Numbered from the stretch's first letter, positions 47,404 to 56,838 are shown. The stretch: 64,000 bases of DNA from Vulcanimicrobiota bacterium (GCA_050250895.1 JBFWNU010000002.1:64001-128000), one strand, 5' to 3'. Numbers and translations: made by a program. Notes: generated from the sequence alone by a model not told the origin.

Positions 47404-48752
47404 ACACTCAATCCCGGTGCAAACCAGAGCCGGAAGGTGGTTCCCACTCCTAGCTCGCTGTCGACCTCGACCCGACCGCCCTGGGCCAGCATCAGCCGGC
47501 GCACGATGGCCAGGCCCAGCCCGCTCCCACCGTCGCGGCGAGCCCGGCCCTGGTCGACCCGATAGAAGCGGTCGAAGATCCGGGGCAGTTCGCCAGCCGG
47601 AATGCCCGCGCCATCATCGCGCACGCTCAGGCACCCATCTTCATAGGCGACCTCTACCATGCCCCTCGAGGCGGCTCGGGCATTGTCGATCAGGTTGGAG
47701 AGCACGTGCCGGAGCGCTACCGGGTGGGCCAGCACATGGGCCGAGCCCACCCGCGCGGTCACGCCAAGTTCATCCACCACCTCGGCCAACTCCACCCACT
47801 CTAGCGGCAAAGGGCCTTCGAAGCGGTGCAACGTGAGCAAGTCATGCACCAGCTTCTGCAGGCGCAGCTGTTCTTTTCGAACCAGCCGCAGCAAGTCGGG
47901 ACCACCGCCTTCGTCTAGAGCGTCCAAAAGAGCGGCCATGCAGGCCAGCGGGGTTTTCAGCTCATGCGAGGCATCGGCCACGAAGCGACGCTGGCTTTCA
48001 TCGCGCCGGGCCAGACGAGTGGCCATTTCTTGAAAGCTAGACACCAGCATCCGCAGCTCCGCGCAGCCTCCGCCCAGGCGAGGGTCGGCAAAGTCACCCG
48101 AGGCGATGCGACACGACCAGGCCGCCACCCGCGCCACCGGCGCGGCCACCCAGCGTGAGAGGGCAAAGGCCAGCATGGTGGCCACCGTCAGGCAGCTCAG
48201 CAGGAGTCCGGCCAGGCTCTCTTGCCAGCGCAACTGCTCGAGGCGCAATCCCACCAGGGAGCGACTCAGGTGCACGGAGCCGCCCCGGCAGGGAACCACC
48301 ACCGTCAGGGTCTTCACGGCCCGCAGTTCGCCATGCCACGGACTCTCGGGCGGCAGGTCACTCATCACTACCGTCATCCCCTCTCCCCGGGCTCGGGCTA
48401 TCGCCGGCGACTCGAAACGAGAGGTAGTGAAAGCGTTGGGGCGAGCCCCCGGACGCCGTCCCACCCAGGCCAGAGCCGTGCCTCCGCCGCTATCGTCGAC
48501 CACCCAACCGTCGCGGTCCACCAGCCGGATGCGAGTTTCGAAGGCCAGGCCCAATCTTCGCAATTGGCGCGAAAGAGCGGCTGAGTCATGGTCCCAAAGA
48601 CCGGCCACCAGCCCGGCTACGGCCGTCGACTCGGCTACCACCGCCCGCTCGGCCTGCTCTTGCTGGCGCTCGAGCAACACATAACCCGGCACCAGGAGGC
48701 AAAAGGCGATCAAAGCCAGATAAGAGATGAAGAGGCTCCGTCCTAGACTCAC
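47400..48752 (-). CDS. HAMP sensor histidine kinase
   Basis: DASHELKTPL, NLIDNA, FDRFYRVD, GGSGLGL. Confidence 0.93.
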   Translation of the reverse strand: MSLGRSLFISYLALIAFCLLVPGYVLLERQQEQAERAVVAESTAVAGLVAGLWDHDSAALSRQLRRLGLAFETRIRLVDRDGWVVDDSGGGTALAWVGRRPGARPNAFTTSRFESPAIARARGEGMTVVMSDLPPESPWHGELRAVKTLTVVVPCRGGSVHLSRSLVGLRLEQLRWQESLAGLLLSCLTVATMLAFALSRWVAAPVARVAAWSCRIASGDFADPRLGGGCAELRMLVSSFQEMATRLARRDESQRRFVADASHELKTPLACMAALLDALDEGGGPDLLRLVRKEQLRLQKLVHDLLTLHRFEGPLPLEWVELAEVVDELGVTARVGSAHVLAHPVALRHVLSNLIDNARAASRGMVEVAYEDGCLSVRDDGAGIPAGELPRIFDRFYRVDQGRARRDGGSGLGLAIVRRLMLAQGGRVEVDSELGVGTTFRLWFAPGLSV

Positions 48753-49417
48753 TCGACCTCCAGTCGGTAGCCCACCCCGCGGACCGTCACCAACATGCCC
48801 TCGGGCAGTTTCTCGCGCAGCCTTCGCACTGCCATGTTGACGGTGGCGTCATCGCCCGAATAGCGCCAGCCCCAGACCTCGCGCAAGAGTTGCTGGCGCG
48901 GCACCGCCACCCCCGGCCGCTCCAGCAGATACTCCAGTAGCCCGTACTCTCGCGGAGCCAGCTCGAGCGGCTGCTGGTCCAACCACACTCTTCGGGCTGC
49001 TCGATCCAGCCGCAACCGCCCGGCCGCCAGGCCACTGGTCTGTTCTCCGGTGAGACGTCGATAGCGCCGCAGGTGAGCTCGAATGCGGGCCAGCACCTCA
49101 CGGGTGGCAAAAGGCTTGGTGATGTAATCGTCGGCCCCGACCTCCAACCCGATCACCTTATCGACCTCGTCATCGAGCGCCGTCAGCAACAGAATAGGCC
49201 GATCATAGCCGTCCGCCCGCAGGCTTCGGCAAGCTTCCAGGCCATCCAGGCGGGGCATCAAGATGTCCAACAAGATGGCGTCAAAGACCGACGAGGCCGC
49301 CAGCCGCAGGGCCTGCTCGCCGTCCAAGGCCGTCCGCACCTCGAAGCCGTTGGCCTCGAGGCTAAAACGCAGACCGTGCAGCAGCGACTCCTCGTCGTCG
49401 ACCAGCAAGATTCTCAC
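48749..49417 (-). CDS. OmpR/PhoB family response regulator
   Basis: LLVDDE, LDILMP, GADDYITKPF, TVRGVGYRL. Confidence 0.95.
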   Translation of the reverse strand: MRILLVDDEESLLHGLRFSLEANGFEVRTALDGEQALRLAASSVFDAILLDILMPRLDGLEACRSLRADGYDRPILLLTALDDEVDKVIGLEVGADDYITKPFATREVLARIRAHLRRYRRLTGEQTSGLAAGRLRLDRAARRVWLDQQPLELAPREYGLLEYLLERPGVAVPRQQLLREVWGWRYSGDDATVNMAVRRLREKLPEGMLVTVRGVGYRLEVE

Positions 49418-50949
49418 GAGTGATTCCGCCAGGCCGCATAGCGCCGCACGATTTCGTGAAACTCGCGACGGTCCGGCTCCCGGCAGTCCATGGTGGCTTG
49501 CACCACCCGGTCGAGACTACCACCCTCGTGGCGTAAGACCATTCCGAATTCCGCCACGGCGCTGGCGAAACGAAAGTCCTCCGAAGCCTCGTCGAGGGTC
49601 ACTCCATAGTCGGTCAGCACGCCGTCGATCAACTGACTTTCCCACCCACCGGGCTGCTTATAGCGGATCTTCAGGCGAGCCACCCGGCCCGGCCCCGAGA
49701 CGGGCTCGAACTCATACAAGGCTGTAACCGATTGCCCCGAACCCATCTCGCCTGCGTCCTTGCGGTCGTCGGCAAAGTCCTGGTTCTCCAAGACGCGGTT
49801 CGAATAGCCCACCAGGCGATAACTGCGCACTCGCTCGCGGTCGAACTCGAGCTGCAGCTTGACGTCCTGGACCACCGTCACCAGCGTCCCCCCGGCCTGC
49901 TCCACCAGCACGCGTCTGGCCTCGCTCAGACTATCGATGTAGGCATAATTTCCGTTGCCGTGGTCGGCCAGTTTTTCGAGCCCCGAGTCATTGAGGTTAT
50001 CGCGTCCAAAGCCCAGAACCGACAGAGCCACGCCCGACTCTCGCATGCGCTCGATTAGCTCAATCAGCGCCTCGTCGTTGCTCGCGCCCACGTTAAAGTC
50101 ACCGTCGGTAGCCAGAATCACCCGATTCACTCCATCTTTCACGAAGTTCCGGCGGGCGACGTGATAGGCCAGGGCTATCCCCTCGCCGCCATTGGTCGAG
50201 CCGCCGGCCTCGAGATGCTCGATAGCCTCGAGAATCGCCCCTCTTCGCTCGGCCTCGGTCGAATCGAGCACCAGCCCGGCCGCCCCCGCGTAGACCACTA
50301 CGGCCACCCGGTCGTGAGGGTTCAAATGCTCCACCAGGGTGGCCAGACCGCGCTTGAGCAGCGGCAGCTTGTCGTCGGATTGCATCGAACCCGATACGTC
50401 GATCAGGAAGACCAGGTTGCAGCGGGGCAGTTGCTGCGGATGCATCTCGCGAGCCTTCAGACCGATGCGCAGCAATCGCTTTTCGGGGGCCCAGGGACAG
50501 TCCGCCACCTCCCCGGTGATGGCTAACGGCAGGTCTCGCACGGGAGCCGGGTAGTCGTAGTGAAAGTAGTTGAGCATCTCTTCAATGCGTACGGCCGCTT
50601 TGGGCACCGGTTGGCCGTCGCGCAAAATGCGGCGGACGTTGCTGTAGCTGGCCGTATCCACATCCACCGAGAAGGTCGAGACCGCCTCTTGGGCTACCGC
50701 CTGAACAGGGTTGGGCGGCGACCAGTCATAGCTGGGTCCATCCACACGTTCGATCAAGCCCTGCACGGCCGTATACTGCGGATAGTTCGGCGGCAAAGGT
50801 TGCACCTTGAAGCGGCCCGGGACGGGCAAGTCTCCCAGGCCCCACCAGTTGGCCGCGACCTGAACGGCCGGGTCGACCCGCGACCACAACACCAGACCGA
50901 CTACCAGGGCCAGCCCAAACAAGGTAAGGAATACAGCATTTTTTTTCAT
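49414..50949 (-). CDS. membrane-anchored vWA domain protein (YfbK-like)
   Basis: STFSVDVDTASY, MIDAS DVSGS, GGSTNG, LATDGDFNVG. Confidence 0.92.
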   Translation of the reverse strand: MKKNAVFLTLFGLALVVGLVLWSRVDPAVQVAANWWGLGDLPVPGRFKVQPLPPNYPQYTAVQGLIERVDGPSYDWSPPNPVQAVAQEAVSTFSVDVDTASYSNVRRILRDGQPVPKAAVRIEEMLNYFHYDYPAPVRDLPLAITGEVADCPWAPEKRLLRIGLKAREMHPQQLPRCNLVFLIDVSGSMQSDDKLPLLKRGLATLVEHLNPHDRVAVVVYAGAAGLVLDSTEAERRGAILEAIEHLEAGGSTNGGEGIALAYHVARRNFVKDGVNRVILATDGDFNVGASNDEALIELIERMRESGVALSVLGFGRDNLNDSGLEKLADHGNGNYAYIDSLSEARRVLVEQAGGTLVTVVQDVKLQLEFDRERVRSYRLVGYSNRVLENQDFADDRKDAGEMGSGQSVTALYEFEPVSGPGRVARLKIRYKQPGGWESQLIDGVLTDYGVTLDEASEDFRFASAVAEFGMVLRHEGGSLDRVVQATMDCREPDRREFHEIVRRYAAWRNHS

Positions 50950-50969
50950 AGGCCGAGCATAGGCCTGAC

Positions 50970-51000
50970 CCCGATAACCGTTCCATCACGGTTTCATAAC
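50970..51000 (-). promoter_or_regulatory. 11-bp-period triple repeat, putative OmpR-family box
   Basis: Minus strand GTTATGAAA-cc-GTGATGGAA-cg-GTTATCGGG upstream of the vWA-RR-HK operon. Confidence 0.5.
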
Positions 51001-51091
51001 GGTGGTGTCTCTCGACTCGTAACATCTCGGCAATATTCGGAGCAGGTTTTCAATAAGATCCTCTAGCCCGACCCTCTACGCTGAAGTTGCG

Positions 51092-52138
51092 ATGATTAGC
51101 CAGGTAGCCCATTCCAGGTCTGTGACCAGAACGCAGTTGCGCGCTCAGCCGGCCTCCAGGCCCGACCCCAGCGGGGCCAGAGATAGGGTCACACTGTCGC
51201 CATACCAAGCCGCCGATACCGTTCCCGACGGACCGCGTCCCGCCCCGGCCACACCGAGCCAGACCCAGTATGGGCCCGCTCCTGGCGGCCCGGCTCGAGG
51301 ATTGGTGGGGGAACCGAGCAGCAAATGGAGCGCCCCCGATGCGCACGGCTTAAGATCCCGCACGCTGCATTCAGCCGACGGGAAAGAAGGCTGGTATCAG
51401 TGGAAGTCCCCGGGCCAGCGGCGCGATTACTTTAGCCGGAGCTACAAAGACAAGGGACGCGAGTTCTACGAAGTCCTCAAGGGCAACCAGCACAGTCGCA
51501 TGCAGCTGCTCGGCCAGGCCTTCCGCAATGCCAAACGCGAAGGCTCGGTGCGCCTCACCGACAAGCAAGGCAAAGACCTCGGAGTCGAGGTCCACGGCAA
51601 ACTCACTCCCGCCCAACAAGACCAGCTTCGCAAGGCGATCCAGGATTTGCCCCCGGCCCTGCGCAAATACGCGCGCTCGATCGCTGTGGTCGACAACCTG
51701 GGCCAGCAGGGAACCCGCCACAACGGGCACACCCGCTGGGAATCTCACACTCTCGGCAAAACCGATAGCAAAGGCCGGATCGCCCTCGACCGTCGTCTGC
51801 TCAAAGACCCGAAGAAGCTCTTCGAGACGCTTGCCCACGAGGCCGGTCACGGACTGCAGGTCGACAAGGCGCGCAAGCTCGGCCCCGAGTGGGGCAAGAA
51901 GAGCGTCTCTGGCTATGGCAACACCGACCCCTACGAAGATTATGCCGAGACTGTGGCCTATGTGGCCAAGAACTGGAAAAGCCTGGTCAATGGTGGCCAC
52001 GGAGGCCTCTTGCGCACCGCCGGACAGCCCATCCCCGGCGCCGGACAACGCTCCTCAGACATCACTCGGCGCCCTTCGGCAACCAAGATTCTGCAAGTTC
52101 TCCGGGCCATGGGCTGGCAATCGAGCGGGCAGAATTAG
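51092..52138 (+). CDS. HEXXH zincin-like metallopeptidase, paralog 1
   Basis: LAHEAGH...SVSGYGNTDPYEDYAE. Confidence 0.8.
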   Translation: MISQVAHSRSVTRTQLRAQPASRPDPSGARDRVTLSPYQAADTVPDGPRPAPATPSQTQYGPAPGGPARGLVGEPSSKWSAPDAHGLRSRTLHSADGKEGWYQWKSPGQRRDYFSRSYKDKGREFYEVLKGNQHSRMQLLGQAFRNAKREGSVRLTDKQGKDLGVEVHGKLTPAQQDQLRKAIQDLPPALRKYARSIAVVDNLGQQGTRHNGHTRWESHTLGKTDSKGRIALDRRLLKDPKKLFETLAHEAGHGLQVDKARKLGPEWGKKSVSGYGNTDPYEDYAETVAYVAKNWKSLVNGGHGGLLRTAGQPIPGAGQRSSDITRRPSATKILQVLRAMGWQSSGQN

Positions 52139-52454
52139 GCTGTCCGCGACTGACCACGCTCACTCTCAGCGGCGTCATCTCCGGCGGGACCGTCCGCACT
52201 CAGGTCGACCTGCGAAGAGCTGTCGGATGGTCCGCCGGGCGACGAGCTCTTCGAGAGGCGACCACCGCCCTGACTACCGAAGCCACTCGGCCGACCAGCC
52301 CGAAACCGCCGTGCCGTCGATGGCCCTCCATCTCAACTCGCAGCAGAGCTCGCGGCGGCGGGCCGGTCCCCCAGAGGACGGCTGTCCGGCGGCGCTTCCC
52401 GGAGAAATTTCAAAAAGACTTCGGCCCAGAGCGAAAACAGGCCCTGGGCGACCC

Positions 52455-53466
52455 AGCTGGGCCAAGCGCGAGATCGCCAGCAAAGCCACGCCTGAGACCG
52501 AAGAGCTTTGGCTCGAATTGGCTTCGCTGTATTCCACCTCGGTCGTCCCGCGCCTGGTGGCCGCCACTCCCAAAGGTGGCCTACCTGGTGAGCTTCCTTC
52601 CACCAAGATTGAGAACGAGGAGATCACCTTACACCTCGACCCGGAGACGACCGAGCCCTCTGTGCTGCTGAAGTTGGTCCTCCATTCCCCTTCGTTCGAG
52701 CTGGGGCGCAAGGTCGAACTCAAAGAGGCCCTGGCCCTCTTGTTGGCTCAGCGCCTGCAGACCGCTCCCGTCACCGACCAAGACCTCGAGGCAATGCGGG
52801 CGCGAACGGCCGCGGTGGCGGCCTCGCACCAGCGCAAGCTGGCCGGCCCAATTCAGAGGGCGCACGAGTTGGCTCAGGCGCTGGGCCTTCGTCCCCCGGG
52901 GGACGAGTTTTTCAAAGCCACGACCGCGGTGGACGGGGAGGAGTGCCCAGGCAATTCCGGGGTCGAGCGGGCTCGCCGGGCCAAGGCGCACTGGAGGTCT
53001 CGCCGCGGCTGAGCTTCAACCCCGACGCGCGCGGGCTCACGCCGGCTCAGACCGAGGCCTTGAAGATTCGCGACTGCTACTGCTGCCAGACTCCGGACTG
53101 CCCTAACCCAATGGGCGTCCCCCCGGCCGCGGCTTGACGGGAATGATTCGAACGCACGTTCACGAGGTTTAGCTAGAACGTCGGCGACGTTCACATCAAT
53201 CATCCCCTGTCGTCGCTACGCGACGCGCCGCTGGGGGGGACTTACACATCTGGCTCCAATCGCACCCCATCCGTTTCTTCACCCTCGGCGGCCTGACCGT
53301 GCTGGCGAACTGGATCTTCCTCTGCACCCGGTGTCATCGCAATGTTCACGATGGCTTTCTCTTCATCGAAGGAACAGCTCCCGATGGCTTGACCTTTCGT
53401 GATCGCGAGGACGTGAATTCGAGCGTTAGACAGCGGGGGGTCGAAAGTGGCATACTACGAATATGA
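52455..53466 (+). pseudogene. decayed second copy of the DUF222-like HNH gene
   Basis: Colinear with 44819..45952 from WAK(L)REI onward; 5' part missing, frameshift near 52995, 137-bp insertion after CPN, resuming at HIWLQ...LCTRCHRNVH. Confidence 0.9.
53108..53244. mobile_element. 137-bp structured insertion without target-site duplication
   Basis: Removal restores tgc cct aac|cac atc tgg; IR GTCCCCCC/GGGGGGAC; homologous to the 41755-41884 unit. Confidence 0.88.
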
Positions 53467-54262
53467 CGAGTTCGGCCAGCAGATTGCCTACTCGGGCCCG
53501 GTGGTGAGTCCGAAGACCTACGTGGGCGGCCTGGGCGTCCACGACGACACCGCCGACACCGGCTTGCTCTACATGCGCCAGCGTCATTATGACAGCACCT
53601 TAGGGAGATTCATTTCGCGGGACCCGATTGGGTTTAGGGGTGGCTTGAATCTGTATGGGTACGTCGGGCAAAATCCAACAGGATTTACTGACCCCACTGG
53701 TTTCAAGTTTGAGGCCACCTCGGACCTTAAGGAAGCCTGCAGCCAGTTGAGCGACCAGCTCGGTTGGCGCGGAATCATCGCTCCGTTTGAAGAAAGATTC
53801 CAGCAAGCTATAGACCTCGCGCTGGCAAGATTTCGAGAATTGCGTCGTAGAGAGCAAACCGGCGAAAACACTTGTGGTTGTGAAGTTCCTAAGGGGATTC
53901 CATATGAAGAGTACATCCTGGGCGAGGAAATCATCAGCGTAGGGAAATCGGACTCAACTTTCCCCCAGGATAATAAAGATCTCGCAAAGGCTTATCACAA
54001 GGCTCTTCAGGACTACAAGAACCATGATGGAATCAAGCAAGCTACCTCCGATAGAGATTCGATCGCTCTGCAGATACAAGTTTGCCTCAACAAGCCAGAA
54101 AGTATCGCTCGTGACCTTCTCCATGAGCTGACTCACATTGGCCTGAATCGAAAGTATGGCGGCTCCGAAGGGGTCATAGAAAAATTCGGCACTGACCATC
54201 CCGAGAAGATGTTTGGACCTTATCAACGGTATGATCGGGGGATCGAATGCGTCCATTTTTGA
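53447..54262 (+). CDS. orphan Rhs core fragment plus C-terminal toxin with HEXXH
   Basis: YEYDEFG, GLLYMRQRHYD...GRFISRDPIG...NLYGYV..NP...DPTG, then a lower-GC C-terminal region with LLHELTH. Confidence 0.88.
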   Translation: MAYYEYDEFGQQIAYSGPVVSPKTYVGGLGVHDDTADTGLLYMRQRHYDSTLGRFISRDPIGFRGGLNLYGYVGQNPTGFTDPTGFKFEATSDLKEACSQLSDQLGWRGIIAPFEERFQQAIDLALARFRELRRREQTGENTCGCEVPKGIPYEEYILGEEIISVGKSDSTFPQDNKDLAKAYHKALQDYKNHDGIKQATSDRDSIALQIQVCLNKPESIARDLLHELTHIGLNRKYGGSEGVIEKFGTDHPEKMFGPYQRYDRGIECVHF

Positions 54263-54702
54263 GAATCTTTGTTGTTCTTCTAGCCTTTTCGCTCCAACGA
54301 GTTTCGGCAACCCCCCGCTATACGGTTAATGGAGTCGAGGTTGGCATGAATTACGAAGTCATCGTCGATTCTTTGGGGGAACCGCGAGTAGATGTGTCCT
54401 ATCCAGCTGATGAACCGAGGTTCTCGAAGCGTCATTGCGCCTGGCGAGAAGTCGAGGTGGATTTTTCCCACACAAATCTTGCCGAGTATATTCGAGGCAC
54501 GCGCTTTGAACTCGACGGAAAGGTCGTTATTCGGACAGGAGACCCTGGGACGATTGTCGCTGAAACCCTCGGTGAACCACTACCGTACTTCCCATCGGAG
54601 TATGTCGCTTACCCCGGCGGGCTGACCTTCCAGCTTCGCGAGGGACGAGTCTTTCGAGTAATCCTATCATCAGGCTCCTCGCCCAGCAACGATTACCATT
54701 GA
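54247..54702 (+). CDS. exported protein, candidate immunity protein
   Basis: Overlaps the toxin stop; same lower GC; signal peptide. Confidence 0.65.
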   Translation: MRPFLRIFVVLLAFSLQRVSATPRYTVNGVEVGMNYEVIVDSLGEPRVDVSYPADEPRFSKRHCAWREVEVDFSHTNLAEYIRGTRFELDGKVVIRTGDPGTIVAETLGEPLPYFPSEYVAYPGGLTFQLREGRVFRVILSSGSSPSNDYH

Positions 54703-54925
54703 GAACGTCACCCGGGCGCTGGCGCGCTCTTTCACGAAAGGGCGCTCGCCAGCGCCGCGGGACGTGAGCAAGGACTGCAACGGAGAAGGGCGTGAACGTC
54801 GCTGAAAGGCGCTCGGGCGCAGTTCTCAGACCACGTCGAACCTGATAGAACTGCGCGCGAGACGGTAGCGCCAAGACCCAGGCCAAGACTCGGCTTAGCC
54901 GGGGCCTGGGCCTTTCAAATTGTCG
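54703..54925. other. multi-hairpin non-coding segment
   Basis: Stems GGCGCTGGCG/CGCCAGCGCC, GCGCAGTTCT/AGAACTGCGC and CCCAGGCC/GGCCTGGG. Confidence 0.55.
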
Positions 54926-55050
54926 GTGAAGGGCGGCCGTCGTGGCCGTTGGGCGGGCTTGTTGCTAACTCTTTCTCTTGCACGTCTGGAACCGCTCCAA
55001 TCGAGCCACAAGATCCGCCAGGCGGTGGTCATCAAAGACCCGGTCACCGG

Positions 55051-55448
55051 CTAACCTTTCAACACGGGCTTGATATCCAGGACCGGTGTGCCATCGATGG
55101 CCTCGAGCGGCTCGACCCGCAGGCCCGACGTAGTCACCTCGAGGATCGTCACTGGGTGCAGGCCGATGGGGTTCGGGCGGTCGGGGGATCGGGTCGAGAA
55201 GACTCCGCGTTCGGCTCGGTTCGGTTCGCTGCGAGGGCGTACCCGCAGCACCTCGCGGTTCGATTGATGCAGCCAGGTCAACAGGACCACTTCGGCGCCG
55301 ACCTCCAGGCCATCGAGGGCGGTGGCAAAGGCCGGCTGGATTTCCACCCAGGCCGAGGGAGCGCCTTCGCGTCCTGCATCGGAGCCTCGGCCCGCGACTT
55401 CAAGGCAGAGCGAACAACGCCAATGGGCCGCAAGAGGAACTCACTCAT
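55051..55448 (-). pseudogene. tsaA: TsaA/TrmO (YaeB-family) methyltransferase with a 1-nt frameshift
   Basis: LRPIGVVRS...APMQ in one frame; EGAP...GVFSTRSPDRPNPIGL...IDGTPVLDIKP in another; shift near 55372. Confidence 0.85.
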
Positions 55449-55572
55449 CGCACACCCGCGGACGTAAGCAGCCACAGCAAACACATCCAGCGCATCCTCC
55501 AGGATTACACTCCGGGCCAGCGATGGCCTTCCCTCCAGAGGCGCTCGGCGCGACTGAAGCGAAGCCTCGGCG

Positions 55573-56838
55573 ATGGCCTTGACCATCGCGCTGATGACCC
55601 TGGGCACCCGGGGTGACGTGGCTCCCATGCTGGCTCTCGGACAGGCGTTGAAAGCCCGTGGCCACCGCGTTCGCCTGGCGGGTCCTGACGACGCGGGCGA
55701 GTGGGTTCGCTCGCACGGCTTCGAGTTTCACAGCCTGGGCTTTGACATCGAGGCTTTCCTCCAATCACCCGCAGTCAAAGAGAAGCTCTCTGGCGGACCG
55801 CTGGCGCTGGCTCGTATCTGGTGGCGCGACGTGCTACCCACCGCTCACCGCATGTTCCGGGCTATCGGCAGGGCCGCCGAAGGCTGCGATGTCATCGTCA
55901 GCCATCCCAAAGTGGTCGGCTCCCACGATGCCGCGGTGGCCAACCGGGCGCTTTATCTGCGAGCCCACTTTCTGCCGCTGACCCCGACCCACCACTTTCC
56001 GCCCCCCGTCTTCACTCGCGAACTGGGCTATTTGAACCGGCCACTCTACCAGCTGTTCCGGCTTTCGCGGTTGCCCTACCTGAACCAGTTGAACGCCTGG
56101 CGCCATGAGCTGGGACTGCCCCCCGGACCATGGTTTGATTCGCTCAGCCATCCCAGTCTTTGCGCCGTTTCACCGGCCGTGCTACCCCGGCCCTCCGACT
56201 GGCCCGACCAGCACTTCATGACCGGCTACTGGTTCTTCGACGACCCGGCCGAGTGGCAGCCTGACCCTGCTCTGGCCGATTTTCTGGGGGCCGGCGAGCC
56301 GCCCATCTATATTGGCTTCGGCTCGATGACCAGCCAGAATCCGCAAGAACTCTCGCAACGGGTGGTCGAGGCGGTGCGCCTGGCCGATTGCCGGGCCGTG
56401 CTGGGCCTGGGCTGGGGAGCCCTCGATCACTGTAATGACGAGCGCGTACACGCTCTGAAATCAGCGCCTCATCACGCGCTCTTCCCACTGTGTTTGGCCG
56501 TGGTCCATCACGGCGGGGCGGGCACGACCGCTCAGGGCTTGCGAGCCGGGCTGCCTACCTTGATTTGCCCCTTCTTCGCCGACCAGCCCTTCTGGGGGCA
56601 ACGGGTCCTCCAGAAAGGCTGCGGACCCATCCCGCTCTCGCTCGAGGGCGCATCGGCTGAGCAATTGGCGGGTCGTCTCAAAGAACTCGCCAACCCCGAC
56701 TATCGCCGTTCGGCCGAGTTCGTGGCGGGGGAGTTGGCAAAGGAAGATGGTCCGGGCAAAGCCGCCGCCATCATCGAAGCCATGGCCGCTCAGTCAGGAA
56801 AGGGAGAAAAGGCTTTGCAGAGGGGGTTCCAGAGGTAG
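55573..56838 (+). CDS. GT1 glycosyltransferase (sterol glucosyltransferase-like)
   Basis: GTRGDVAP, YIGFGSM, VHHGGAGTT, PFFADQPFW. Confidence 0.93.
   Translation: MALTIALMTLGTRGDVAPMLALGQALKARGHRVRLAGPDDAGEWVRSHGFEFHSLGFDIEAFLQSPAVKEKLSGGPLALARIWWRDVLPTAHRMFRAIGRAAEGCDVIVSHPKVVGSHDAAVANRALYLRAHFLPLTPTHHFPPPVFTRELGYLNRPLYQLFRLSRLPYLNQLNAWRHELGLPPGPWFDSLSHPSLCAVSPAVLPRPSDWPDQHFMTGYWFFDDPAEWQPDPALADFLGAGEPPIYIGFGSMTSQNPQELSQRVVEAVRLADCRAVLGLGWGALDHCNDERVHALKSAPHHALFPLCLAVVHHGGAGTTAQGLRAGLPTLICPFFADQPFWGQRVLQKGCGPIPLSLEGASAEQLAGRLKELANPDYRRSAEFVAGELAKEDGPGKAAAIIEAMAAQSGKGEKALQRGFQR

Noticed and set aside
51528-53012. 494-aa ORF as a real gene
   Set aside because: It is an alternate-frame read-through of the zincin gene and intergenic DNA into the HNH remnant.
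53108-53244. Self-splicing intron or known small ribozyme
   Set aside because: Too short for group I or II introns, and no hammerhead CUGAUGA/GAAA core was seen.
54836-54850. TPP riboswitch (GAACCTGAT)
   Set aside because: The upstream CTGAGA and downstream AGGGA elements are absent on the same strand, and it is not 5' of a gene.
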